In this document: piece after piece, positions 52,795 through 64,000 of the stretch
Numbering within the stretch: the first letter of the stretch is position 1
Layout of the letters: each line of letters opens with the position of its first letter
Source: Eledone cirrhosa
Lineage: Eukaryota
DNA length: 64,000 nucleotides
Reading direction: 5' to 3'
Assembly: GCA_964016885.1 (NCBI GenBank)
Contig: OZ024743.1
Span: 169,198,001 to 169,262,000, forward strand
Notes under the pieces: model-generated
Database searches by the model: none
What the model was told of the DNA's origin: nothing
What the model saw: the letters and a program-made list of their open reading frames with translations, nothing else
Translations under genes and position numbers: made by a program

Positions 52795-53560
52795 CTCAAG
52801 GCCAAAATAAGAAAAACGGATGAGGGGGAGTATAATCGACGTATTCGAACCCAGACTTGATCAATATTTTATTTTATGGACCACAGGAAGATGAAAATCA
52901 AAGTCGAATCTATTGTGAACTAAGAACCTGAAGAGACATATATAAATTGGGTTTAGTAACATAGACAAATGTTTGTAGGACTTGGGACTGTGTTATCCAC
53001 CCTAAGAAGGATGAAAAACAAAGTCGAACCTTGGCTGAATTTTAACTCAGAGCGTAAAATACCCCAAGTCATTTTGTCCAACGATCACGATACCACCGCT
53101 CTGAAATAATAGTTTCTTCTTTAGGCACAAGGTCAGTAATTTTATGGGAAGAGGGGAAAGTCAATTAATTTACTGGTACTTTATTTTGTTTGTTGACCTT
53201 GGTGGGATTTGAATTCAGAACGTAAGAGACACAGGTTTCTGAATATCGACAAGCACAAACGAGCGTTTATCCAACATACTGTCACCTTAAAGTCACTCGC
53301 AGTCAAGGATGACTTGATATCAGCATGTACGATACTTTCGTTAACGGTTTTAAGACGCAAGCATACACTAACCTTTCCACCCTTGATGCAGCGGACGATG
53401 CTAGATCTGACAGCTAAATGGGAAAATGACACCACCAGTACTAAGCTTTAAAGTTTCTTTATCGACCACGAATGAATGAAAGGCAAAGTTGGCCTCGGCG
53501 GGATTTGAACGCCGAATGTAGATAGCTGAAACAAATGTTGCAACCCATTTGTACTCCCCA
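52795..53560 (+). mobile_element. Cluster of about four decayed SINE-like repeats
   Basis: Recurring CTGGTACT..TTTTATCGACC..GAAGGATGAAAGGCAAAGT.GACCT.GG..GGATTTGAACTCAG motif, which I recognise as an abundant Octopus repeat. Confidence 0.7.
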
Positions 53561-54090
53561 ACACCTTAACGACACTGTCAAATTGATCTCTTTGCCGCCA
53601 CTCTAACAGCAATAATTATATTAACGACAACAACAACAGTAGCAGTAATAACAAATGTATTTATATATTTATTTGTTAACGGAAGGAGAGAAAAAATCAG
53701 GTGAATTGCATTCTGCGCTCAATTGACATTCCAAATATGTTGTCGTAAGCGATATTTCAGTTCACCCTTCTCCTGTAACCTCCTCCCCGTTTCAAGTTAC
53801 TCAGAATCTACAATCTAACCAAGTGTATCGTTTTAATAAACCGAAAGCACTGACTTAGATTTCTCATTGCGCAAGGCAGAAGTACATGATTACAATTATT
53901 TCACAATTTCAAAAGACCCTAGGGTGTTTATGATTTTATAGATTGCATACATTTAAAAAGAAAAAAAGCAACAACAAAACAAAACAAACAATTCACTCAT
54001 CCGGCATCAGAGGGATGCGGTGATCGATTCCACACAGGCGACTCTGTCCAAATGTTTTCCGCTTTACTCGATTTTCTCAAATATTATTTA

Positions 54091-54640
54091 CTAGCTGATG
54101 TACCCAGTTTCGCCAGGGTAAGCAGATAATAAGTTAAAGAACAGACAGAAAAGAAAACGACTGTATTGGATGAATAATGATCTCTAGGAGATGGTTCCTC
54201 CTCCTCTTGGCTGTAAAACGTGTCATTGCATAGACGTGGCTTGTCCAGGTTTCTCAAAAGGATGATGGGAGTTCTTTTATATTATATATAGACTAGCTGA
54301 CGTACCCAGCTTCGCACGGGTAAACAGATGATAAGAGAAGACAGGTAAAAGAAAAAAATGACTGTATTGGATGTTTGTCTGGTTACACTATGAGGCGAGT
54401 TCGTGGTGTCTGTGTGATACAAAAAACATTTTAAAAAATCTTCCAGATATACCAGGTTATTCGTTGTACCGTTTGTGCATAATATATGAACAATTCTAGG
54501 TGCTCCCACCTAGAATAGTGACCTCTAGGAGATGGTTCATCTTCTGCCTGACTGTAAAACGTGTATCATTGCATAGACGTGGTTGTTCTACGTTTCTCAA
54601 AAGGATGATGAAAGTTCCAATTTGTTATATTATATGTAGA
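54091..54640 (-). mobile_element. Two head-to-tail non-autonomous Helitrons (54091-54292, 54293-54640)
   Basis: Each reads 5'-TCTA.ATATAATATAA...TACCC..GCGAA.CTGGGTA hairpin...CTAG-3'; the pair sits between A and T; internal sequence is shared. Confidence 0.75.
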
Positions 54641-56279
54641 TATAGATATAAATAATTAATATAAAAGATGATGCTCAGCCAGTTCGTCTTCAACCATCGC
54701 AGCACGCCGTCGCTGCTTGGCTCCAGTGTTTCGTTGTCATTGTTCAGTCAGCTCCTCTCATTCATGGCAGCACGTCTTCGCCTCTGAAGTTCGGCGTTCC
54801 GATGGTGCTGTTCGGCCTGTTTTTCTTCATTGCTGGCTGCACGCCGTCACCGCTGTAGTTCACTGTTTGATAAAGTCGAATTGCTTTTATTATCAGTATT
54901 CATTTCGAGCAATTGTCAAAAAATGACACAATAATAAATATAAAAGATGTCCGTCAATGTAAAAAAAAAGGTCCCTATTTACTCCCTTCACAAATCTGTG
55001 TATGTTAGACTAACAGACAGGCACACAGGCAGATAAACTGCGTGGCGATTGTGGAACGCCACACACATACACGCATGGAAATACGCACACGCACGCAAAC
55101 TTACACACGCACACACTCACACATGTTGATAGTTTTTACTTTCTGTGGAACGCTGCACGCACCAACACACACATAAATATACGCGCACGTGTTAATAGTT
55201 ATTGCTTTCTTTCCCCTCTTATTTCCACACACACCACACACACACACACACATGTCTCTACACTGACATATATACATAGTGTATCCAACACACGGTTCAC
55301 TTTGCCTCTCTGTTTCTTACTCTCCACTCTCACTCCCTCATTGGCATTATGCATATTAATTTAAGTTTGACGTCGTTGAGGTGGGCGGAGTCGTTTGAAA
55401 CCTATGAACCAATGATAATCGAGAATTATGACACAGGGAATACTGACATTGTTGAAATTAATATATAGATATATAATTAATTATATATAGATATAGATAA
55501 TTCTGTATAAATGTGTGTGAGTGTGTCAATGTGTGCGTACGTGTGTGTATGCATCTGTGTGTGTGTGTGTGTGTGCGCGTGTGCGTGTGTGTGTGGGGGG
55601 GGGGCGTGTTTGTGTAAACCAGCTTTTGAATCGGAGACGCTAGCCGCGAAACAAGAGCATCACTTATAACGAACGCGCTGAGAGAATCCCTTATGGTTGA
55701 TTCCCAACCTGCTAGAAATAGCAGTCAGGTTGGTTAGTATACACGGGATGCTGTTGTTCTTCTTTGATTTTATAAAATTAGTATCAATAAACCTTCCCGG
55801 GTATACCCTTATTCGATTGATGTACTTACATTTCGATTGTGAGTTTTTGTTTTTGTGTGATGCGTGAAGGTACCAACCAACAAACATCTCTCTTTTATAT
55901 TTTGTATAGATAGTGATGGATTATTTCAAATTTTTCCAATACTTCTTAAGTCAACCGCATGGTTTTACAGCATTATACAGTTTCGTTTAACTGATGGTCT
56001 GCAGTTCGAATTTAATATGGATTTCCTCCTACAGTGTATGCAATGTCTCCGTGTATATAGGAGCAGAAATAAGATCGTGTTTCCTCGCCGTGACATTTCC
56101 TTCAATTCCCACTGGGCCCTCACTTTTTATGCTGACATGGTTTGTTTTGTATATTTTCCCAACACGTGATGTTCTTTTTATTTTGTCTTTCCTAATGTGA
56201 GCACATTTAGCGGGCTCTCCATCAGACTCGACGATGCGAATTCAGTTGTTCAATCGAACAACTGAATTCCTATTAATGA

Positions 56280-56490
56280 TTTCTAGTATAGGCACGAGGC
56301 CAACAATTTGGGGGGAAGGTAAAGGCGATTAAATCGACCCCAGTGCGTGACTGGTACTTTATTTTATCGACCCCGTAAGGAGGAAAGGCAAAGTTAACCT
56401 GGGATTTGAACTCAGATCATAAAGGGCCGTAACTCTATGCTGCAAAGCATGGCGTCCGACCCGCTACCGATACTGCCAATCCACCGCCCT
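56280..56490. mobile_element. SINE-like repeat with 18-bp target-site duplication
   Basis: CTGAATTCCTATTAATGA at 56262-56279 and 56491-56508; same core motif as the 52.8-53.5 kb copies. Confidence 0.8.
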
Positions 56491-56790
56491 CTGAATTCCT
56501 ATTAATGAAAATTAATATATAACGGGTATATAGCTGATTATTCCACCACAGATACTTGTCTTCTTCTTCTTCTTCTTCTTCTTCTTCTTTGATCTATTGA
56601 TCTATCGATCTATCTGTCTACTAATCTACCTATCTATCTATGGAAGTAAACGACTGTGTTTCGGGATGGGTTCCACTAGATTTAAAACGTCCATGACCCT
56701 CCGTGTAACAGGATAGCGCCACTATGATTCCACCAAGAGTTAAGGACTCTTTCCCTTTTTTCATAATGAAATAAAATATAAAATATCCAC

Positions 56791-56841
56791 ATGCCCCAGC
56801 ATGGCCTCAGCTGGATGGCTGGAACGGAGTAAAAGAGTAAA
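56791..56841 (+). mobile_element. Isolated 3' tail matching the CR1-group LINE end
   Basis: TGCCCCAGCATGGCCTCAGCTGGATGGCTGGAAC..GAGTAAAAGAGT matches 43186-43248. Confidence 0.75.
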
Positions 56842-57149
56842 TATCAATTTCATTTATGAAGTTATCTGAACGATTACTTGAGCATAGGCAAGTATGTGGA
56901 TATAAAAAAAGCATCAACTGTAATCATCTGGTTTTCTTAGACATTCTCACACGCACCTGCACACATACATTATATATGTGCAACTAATAACAGCCGTCAC
57001 TCACAATTGAGTATGACTTAGAAGTATGTAGCGTGCTTTCATTAAGGGTTTTAAGTGTTCATGCAGTCGCGAGAAGACATAGACTCTCACAACTTTGATT
57101 CAGCGGAACATCCAGGATGTGACAGAAAGAGAGAGGGCTACACTAGTAT

Positions 57150-57235
57150 TGGGCTGGTATTTTCTTTATCGCTCCCGAAAGAATGAAAGGTGAAATAGAC
57201 CTTGGTGGTATTTGAACTCAGAACGCAGAGACCTA
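57150..57235. mobile_element. SINE-like repeat fragment
   Basis: CTGGTATTTTCTTTATCG..CCCGAAAGAATGAAAGG..GACCTTGG..ATTTGAACTCAGAACG. Confidence 0.6.
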
Positions 57236-57814
57236 ATGACGCCCCCCCCCCCATCCACACACACCCACACACACACACACACACACACCTACATACACAC
57301 ACAAACATATAAACACACACACACATATGTATATATATATTACGTAATTACGTAAAGCGTTTATTTATTATAATTATTTCCATGGCTACCCTTATGCAAC
57401 CAAGAGGCAGTATTTGCATTTGTTGCTGCTATGGGACCTATTTCCTAAGATGAATGATATGCTTCAGGCAAAAACATATTCTTCTTCTTGCGTGCCCAGC
57501 ACATATATATATATAATTCGTTACTGATGGCGATCAATTTAGAAATTTCGGTCCTAAGTGAGGGAGTCTCTTGAAAAGCTCGGAGCCTCATGGATATTGC
57601 AGTGATTAGACATTTCCACAAAGTACGAGCGAAACTATTGATAGTCAGGTCTGGGAGAAATTTTGGTAACGTTTATCTATTTTTTCTTCAAACTTACATT
57701 TTAAACTTAGCTCCTTTCAATTGATTATTTGTCTAGTTAATTTCTACGGACGAAGAGGAAAGACTAGGTAAATTTTATCTGACTGTTCCTCATAAAGGAA
57801 TATCGGTAACATTT

Positions 57815-60197
57815 CAATCCCTACCTCGATGGCTTGCCGCAACTCTCGACAGCCAACTCTGAGCGCTGCGAAAGGCCGATAACTTCAGCCGAAATTCAGG
57901 ATGTCCTTGTCGGCTGCACGAAGCGCAAGTCACTCGGTTTAGATGGTCTGCCCTACGAGCTGTACGTAAATATGCCAAACTTATTCTCCGATCTCTTCGA
58001 TGAGCTCTACTGCAACTGAGGCAGCAGAACAGTATTCCCAGTTCTGTGAGCGTAGTGACGCTGATAAGGAAAGACGAGAACAAGAGGGACACATTAGATA
58101 ATTTCAGGCCCATAACTCTGCTCAGCACAGAGTTTAAGATTCTGGTCAAGGTGTTAGCGAAGAGGTTGGCGCTTGTCGTCGAGGATTTGGTTGGAGAGGC
58201 GCAAACTTGCGCAATCCTGACCAGGTCCATGCACAACAACCTCCACCTCATGGGATACATCATAGAGAGGGTAGGGTGTAAACTTGGCTTCGGTGGGGCT
58301 CTGATCAATTTAGATCAATCGAAAGCATTCGATAGCGTCGACCATGGAGGGTGTCCTCAAGGCAGCTGGCTTCAGCCCCGTCTTCAGAAGCCTGGATCAC
58401 TGCAATGCACAGTGGCATCTGCTCGGTGGTCAAAGTTAATGGCCACCTCTCGGAACCGTTTCCGATCTCCCGATTGGTCCGTCAAGGGTGCCCTCTATCC
58501 ACCCTTCTGTACGTATTAACTCTCGAGCCTTTACTACGGAAGCTGGAGCTGTTGCAGGGCATCCCGCTCTAACCGGGACGCGGAAAGGCTGTGTCGGCTT
58601 ATGCGGACGACATCACCGTGATGGTGTCGGACACGTCTGTAATCGAGGTGGACGGCAACTTATAGGAGGAATATAAAAGGTTGGCGGGAGCGAAATTTAA
58701 CCTGGAAAAGGCACCTAGGGAAGTAAGTCCATGCCGTCCATGGACGGACGGATCGGTAAAGTTGCCCGGAGTTTGGTTCGGGCCAGACCTCCAGGTGGAT
58801 AAGAATTGGAACGAGGTAACGGGCATGGAAGACAGTCTCACCCAGAAATGGACTGCGAGGAAGCTATCACTGAAAGGTCGGGCGGAGGTGGTGAACGCGT
58901 ACATCACGTCCGTCATCTACTACCGCCTGACCATCGTCCCTTGCCCCCGTTCGCGCCTCACCAGCTTGGAACGGCTCCTCTTCAAATTATTGTGGAAGGG
59001 ACAGGTTTCGTTGGTAAGGCGGTCCATCTGCTGCCAGCATCCTCTACGTGGAGGGTTGGGCATGCCGTGGCTAATGATGCTCAGACGTGCTCTGAGGCTG
59101 CGCATCTCCAGATATTCTGCCTAAATGGTGAACATGTGTGGTCGCCGTTTGTCAGACGCCCTTTCCGCATCTCATCTATTTTACCGAGTTTCAGTCCTGG
59201 GTAAAGAAGAGACCGAGGCTGGGTGACTGGCATCTGGAATGTTTCCAGGAACTCACTGCCCTCTACCAGGCGGGCAATGCGGTCAGTGGAACTGACACTC
59301 TCGAGTTCTATAGAGGATTAGTGGTTGGGAAGTGCGACGACGCACCCGGAGAGGCTCTGGGCGTCGACGAAGTTGAACTAACCAGTCTGTACCGGAGGAC
59401 TTTCGAGCCGGGGACGATGGATAACATCCCAAAATCCCTCGCTTGGCAGTGTTACCGGGAGGCATTGCCTGTTCGAGATAAACTCTACAGGCACGGAAGT
59501 GCTGTCAGACGGACCTGCCCGAGATGAACACAGAGCGACAAAACCGTTCTGCACGCACTCATCCAGTGTCCATGCATTACTGACTTGTGGAGTTACGTCG
59601 AATAGCTGTTGTCGCGTGTAGAACGGAACCGGCTATCGGCTGAGTCCATAGTGAAGATCGAGCCGCCACCTTCTTTTGGTCAGGAAGGGCAGGCAATTTT
59701 TCTCTGTTTGGTGGCAGTAGCGAAAGAGGTTGTATGTGGTGGACCAGGTTGAAAGGACTGATGACAGACACTTTTGTTTTCGGCCAATCCCTCAGCAACA
59801 TTTTCAAATTTCACTTGGAAAGGAAGGTGAGGGTGGAGAGAGAAGTGCTGCCCCCAGTACATTTGCTGAAAGGTGGGTGAATGTGGCGAGAATGGACCGT
59901 GTGAGCGGGCCTACTCTGATCATGCACATGTAGGCTGGTGAATTTGAGGAGGGGAAGGGTGCTCTTCTCGAGTGCTCTCGAAGCATCAGATGAGTCAGGA
60001 TTGGTGGGGTACCTGAGTGAACCCTGGGTGGTTATGCCCCCAATTGGGGAATTCTCGTTGTATTTTTCTTGTTACTTTGTTATTGTTATTTATATTTTTA
60101 CACTTTTTATATGTAAACCCCACTTCCCTGTCTAGTGTATCGTCCCCTATATGTCGGCCCTTGCGGCTAATAAATGAAACCATTGTTATTATTATTA
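57815..60197 (+). mobile_element. 5'-truncated Tx1/L1-clade LINE, copy 1
   Basis: GLDGLPYELY, NFRPITLL, LDQSKAFD.VDH, VRQGCPLS, AYADD, LSLKGRAEVVN, CPR...HAL.QC; AATAAA plus (ATT)n tail. Confidence 0.88.
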
Positions 60198-63035
60198 CAG
60201 AGACCGGATAAGCGTGCGTTGACGGGTGCGATCGTCAACAACAGGGGGTGGTTTACCATGAAAAGGGCTATTAGAGTAGAATCGATAAGGTTTAAATCAA
60301 AGGATTAAAGATAGAGTAGAGGGAGAGTTAGTTAGGAAGCTAGAAGAGGCGTTTAGAATAGGCATCGCATCCGATGCTTGCGGCGAGATTGGCACTCGAC
60401 CAAATCTTCAATGCAAAGCACGAAGGCTGCGTTGTCAGAGCTAGAGCGGGTGCTCTGAGACAAGAGGAGACAAAAGCTGTCCAATGGGCCCAGATGGTGG
60501 AGGCGCGACGTGGCAAAAAGCCACAATTAATTCCTTGCCTGACCAAAGCGGGAACATGTTACTCCATCCCGACCAGATGTGTGAGACTTTTCAGCAGCAC
60601 TTAGCTCAACTGTTTGGGAGCAGCGGCGGGCCAGATCACTGTATGAGCTTCAGTGCATACCTCGAGGGTCTGCCGCGGTTCACGATAACTGCAGCGCTGC
60701 GAAAAGCGATAACAGCAGGTGAAATACGGGAAGCGATGTCTGACTGCACAAGGGGCAAATCGCCAGGTTTGGATGGTCTGCCCTACGAACTTTATGTGTA
60801 CATGTCAGACTTGTTCGGCGACATCTTGGCAGACGTCTACTGCAACTGGCAGCAGAACGGGAGCATTCTCAGTTTTGTGACCCGGGGAGCTGTGGCGCTG
60901 TTAAGAAAATACCCGAACAAAGGGGGCGTTATAGACAATTTCAGGCTCATAACTCTGTTAAACGCAGATTTCAAGATTTTGACGAAGGTGTTAGCAACGA
61001 GAGTGGCGCTTGTCATCGGTAATCTGGCAGACATGCGACATTCCAGACAGATCCATCCACGACAACCTCTACCTCATGCGATACACCATAGAGAGGGTGG
61101 TTAAGGAACCTGGTACGGGTGGGGCCCTGATCAACTTAGATCAATCTAAGGCATTTGATAGGGTCGACCATCGGTACCTGGCGACGGTCCTCGAGGTGGC
61201 TGGTTTGGGGCACATTTTCAGGCGTTGGATCGCTGCGATGCACAGCGACATCTGCTCGATTGTGAAGGGGAACGGTCATCTGTCACAGCCATTCAGCATC
61301 ATGTGCTCGGCCCGTCAGGGTTGTCTCCTTCTCGTCACTCTTGTACGTATTGGCCCTAGAGTCGTTACTGCACAAATTGGAGGCGATGAGAGACGTCCCA
61401 CGCGAACTGGGATGTGGGAGATCCGTATCGGCTTACGCCGACGACGGCACCGGACATGACCAGGTGCTCGGCACCGGACATGTCCAGGTGCTCGGCACCG
61501 CTCTTAAGGAATATGAAGCAGTGACAGGAGCAAAGTTAAACCAGGAAAAGTCGGTGGGCTTGCAGCTCGGCACCTGGAGAGGCAAGTCCATGCCGCCCGA
61601 CATCGTCGTGGGGCGCTGGACTGGTTAAATTGCTCGGGATCTGGTTCGGTCCGGACTTCCAGATGGAGAAAAGCTGGAGCGAGATGACGAACAGGGTGGC
61701 CTCTCTCGCCCAGAAATAGGCCTAGAGGAAGCGATCCCTGAAAGGTCGGGCAGAGGTGGCGAATGCGTTCATCGCATCCGTCATCTGCTACCGCCTAAAC
61801 ATTGTACCTTGCCGCGGCCCAACTCTGACAAAAATGGAGCACCTCCTCTTCCGCTTTTTATGGAAGGGACATGCTCCCATGGTCAGACGATCCATCTGCT
61901 GTCAACACCCGTTGCGTGGAGGGCTGAGCATGCCGTGACTGATAATGCGCAAACACGCGCTGAGGCTGCGACATCTCTGGTGCTTCTTTGGCGGTGAACA
62001 GGTGTGGTCAACGTTTGCCAGACGTGTTTTTCCCCAGGTCGTCTCATTAACGGAGCTGCAGTCCTGGATCAGGAAAAGACCGAGGGATAGTGCTTGGAAG
62101 CTGGAATGTCTCCAAGTGCTCACAGCCTTCTACCAGCTGGGCACTAGTATCGGTGGGCACCACCTCGGCGTTCTATAGAGGATGAGTGGAGGGAAGAGTG
62201 ATGACGTTCTCGGGGAGACACTGGGAATCGAAGATGATCAACTGTTCGCTCTCTTCAAGAGAACTTTCAGACTGAGGCCTATGGACAACTTCCAGAAATC
62301 CCTGGCCTGGCAGTGTTACCGGGGAGCGTTGCCGGTTCGAGATAAGCTCTACAGGCACGGAAGTACCGTCAGCCGAACCTGTCCGAGATGCGCACAGAGC
62401 GACGAAACCGTTGTGGACGCACTCGTTCAGTGTCCGAGCTATGTCGAACATTTGCTGTCACGTGTAATACAGATCCGGTTATCGACTGAGTCTATTGTGC
62501 AGATAGCCCCGCCGTCCCCCTTTAAGGAGGAGGAAAGGCGGGCAGTTTTCATCTGCCTGGTGGCCATGGCGAAAGAGATTGTATGGTGGACAAGATTGAA
62601 AGGATTGAAGACGGACAGTTTCCTCTTCGGCGAATCCATGATTAACTTTTTCAAATTTCACTTGAAGAGGAAAATCAGGGTGGAGGCAAGTGCTGTCTTC
62701 TAGTAAGTTTGTTGAAAGGTGGGTGAAAGTGGCGAATCTGGTCCGAGTGAACGGGCTCGCTCTGAGTATGTGCCTGTAGACTTAGGAGTGGGAGAACTGA
62801 GAGAGGGCGCTTGCCCTGGTGGTCAGGGTGGCCGTGGTCTTTTGTGTGGTTTTCGGTACAAGTGACCCTTGGAAATGTTCCCCCTTGGGGAATTCTTTTG
62901 ATATTTCTATCTTATAACCTTTTTTTACACAGCCAAAACCCACTTTGTATCACCCTGTACCGTTCTGTGTCGTCTGTAATGTTTTTCTTCATGTTAGCCC
63001 TTGTAGCCATTAAAGAAACCATCATTATTATTATT
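60198..63035 (+). mobile_element. 5'-truncated Tx1/L1-clade LINE, copy 2 (diverged relative)
   Basis: GKSPGLDGLPYELY, LDQSKAFDRVDH, SAYADD, CPRCAQSDETVVDALVQC; ATTAAA plus (ATT)n tail. Confidence 0.88.
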
Positions 63036-64000
63036 GGCGTCTCAGTGGTTTATATTATTTAACTGGAAAGTTTGTTGAAATGAACATCAAGCAGCTATCT
63101 GCAGCCTCAGATATTCAGGATATATCGGAGGGTTCTTGCTGTTCTCAGCAAGCATGCCTTTTGAAGTGTTCCAAAAAGGGGACTGGACTAATGTTCTTTA
63201 ACCATCTTTGCAAGCTCTTTGAGATATTACATAGTGCTTCTATGACAATCGCGACGACCTTGATTTTATAAAAGTCCCTAATCCTTATTAATTACCACCT
63301 TAAATCCTGGTATCGCTTAATTTTCTCCTTCTCCTTTTCTTGCACTCTCGTGTTAAATGGGCAGGCTACATTTACAATCAGGCACGATCGTTTTTCCTTG
63401 TCAAAAACCACCACGTCAGCCCTATTGGGTTCTAATTTCTTGTCTGTCTGTATCCTGAAATCCCATAGCACATTCACTTGATCGTTTTCTATCACTGACT
63501 CTGGCTTATTCAAATACAACTTCTTAGAATGTGATACATTATTTAGTTTGCATAAATGCCAGTGGAATCGCATTTACTATTATATCATGCCTCCAGCCTA
63601 TATATTGAGTCTGGGCTAGGTGTTGTTTACACTCGGATATAATGTGAACCACAGTCTCCTCACTCTCTTCACAGATCCTACACAGTGAGCTAGCCTCATC
63701 GTTGTCAATATGGTGTTTCACCCACTTCGTTCTGAGGTCTTGCTCTTGTGCAGCTATTGGCATTCCTTCTTTGGCTTTTTTAAGGTCTCTTTTTAACCAG
63801 CTCCATGTCTGTGGAATTCTGAATTCCGTTTTCTTAAAAAAGGTGATATGAAGGGATTTTTCATGAAGATTGCTTTTCCTCTTTGTTGTTATTTCCTCCT
63901 TGGACATACCCTGGTCTATTATCTTCTCTTTCAGTACAACTTTAAGCATTGGCTCCCTACTCTCAGACACATATTTGTGCAAACTGTTTTTCTCCATCTG
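63036..64000 (-). mobile_element. Dong/R4-clade LINE 3' end (zinc knuckle plus restriction-like endonuclease), runs off the window
   Basis: AAQEQ.LRT, CRIC..EETV.HIISEC, RHD, LWDF.IQTD, NRADVV, VACP, EKEKEKI.RYQDL, KACLL.TAR.LR; followed by (TAA)n. Confidence 0.88.

Noticed and set aside
55340-55470. Promoter-like cluster (CCAAT, GGGCGG, TGACGT)
   Set aside because: No downstream gene; the segment ends in a Helitron-like ATATATAGA terminus, so it is probably TE-internal.
53560-57800. Host-gene exons among short ORFs
   Set aside because: No recognisable domains or convincing splice structure; a small exon cannot be excluded without RNA-seq.

Overview
Gene-free, transposon-saturated eukaryotic DNA, most likely a coleoid cephalopod (Octopus-like; inferred from recognised SINE-type repeats, not verified). 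The left ~47.5 kb is a (TA)n-microsatellite landscape filled with Penelope-like retroelements (PLEs: RT plus C-terminal GIY-YIG endonuclease) of several families, most with inverted 5' arms, plus ORF-less PLE ends and one CR1-group LINE. By eye I count about 32 hammerhead-ribozyme (HHR) motifs (some degenerate) in about 13 sequence families. The right ~16 kb holds decayed RTE, Tx1/L1 and Dong/R4 LINEs, a Chapaev transposase fragment, tandem Helitrons and SINE-like repeats. Two standouts: (1) a PLE copy (21.2-22.3 kb) with dense, sense-strand A-to-G hypermutation, best explained as an ADAR-hyper-edited RNA that was reverse-transcribed into the genome; (2) a retrozyme-like array (11.4-15.8 kb) of nine tandem ~424-bp non-coding units plus an inverted arm, each with an HHR, predicted to release monomeric or circular RNAs. 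All folds and alignments were done by eye.
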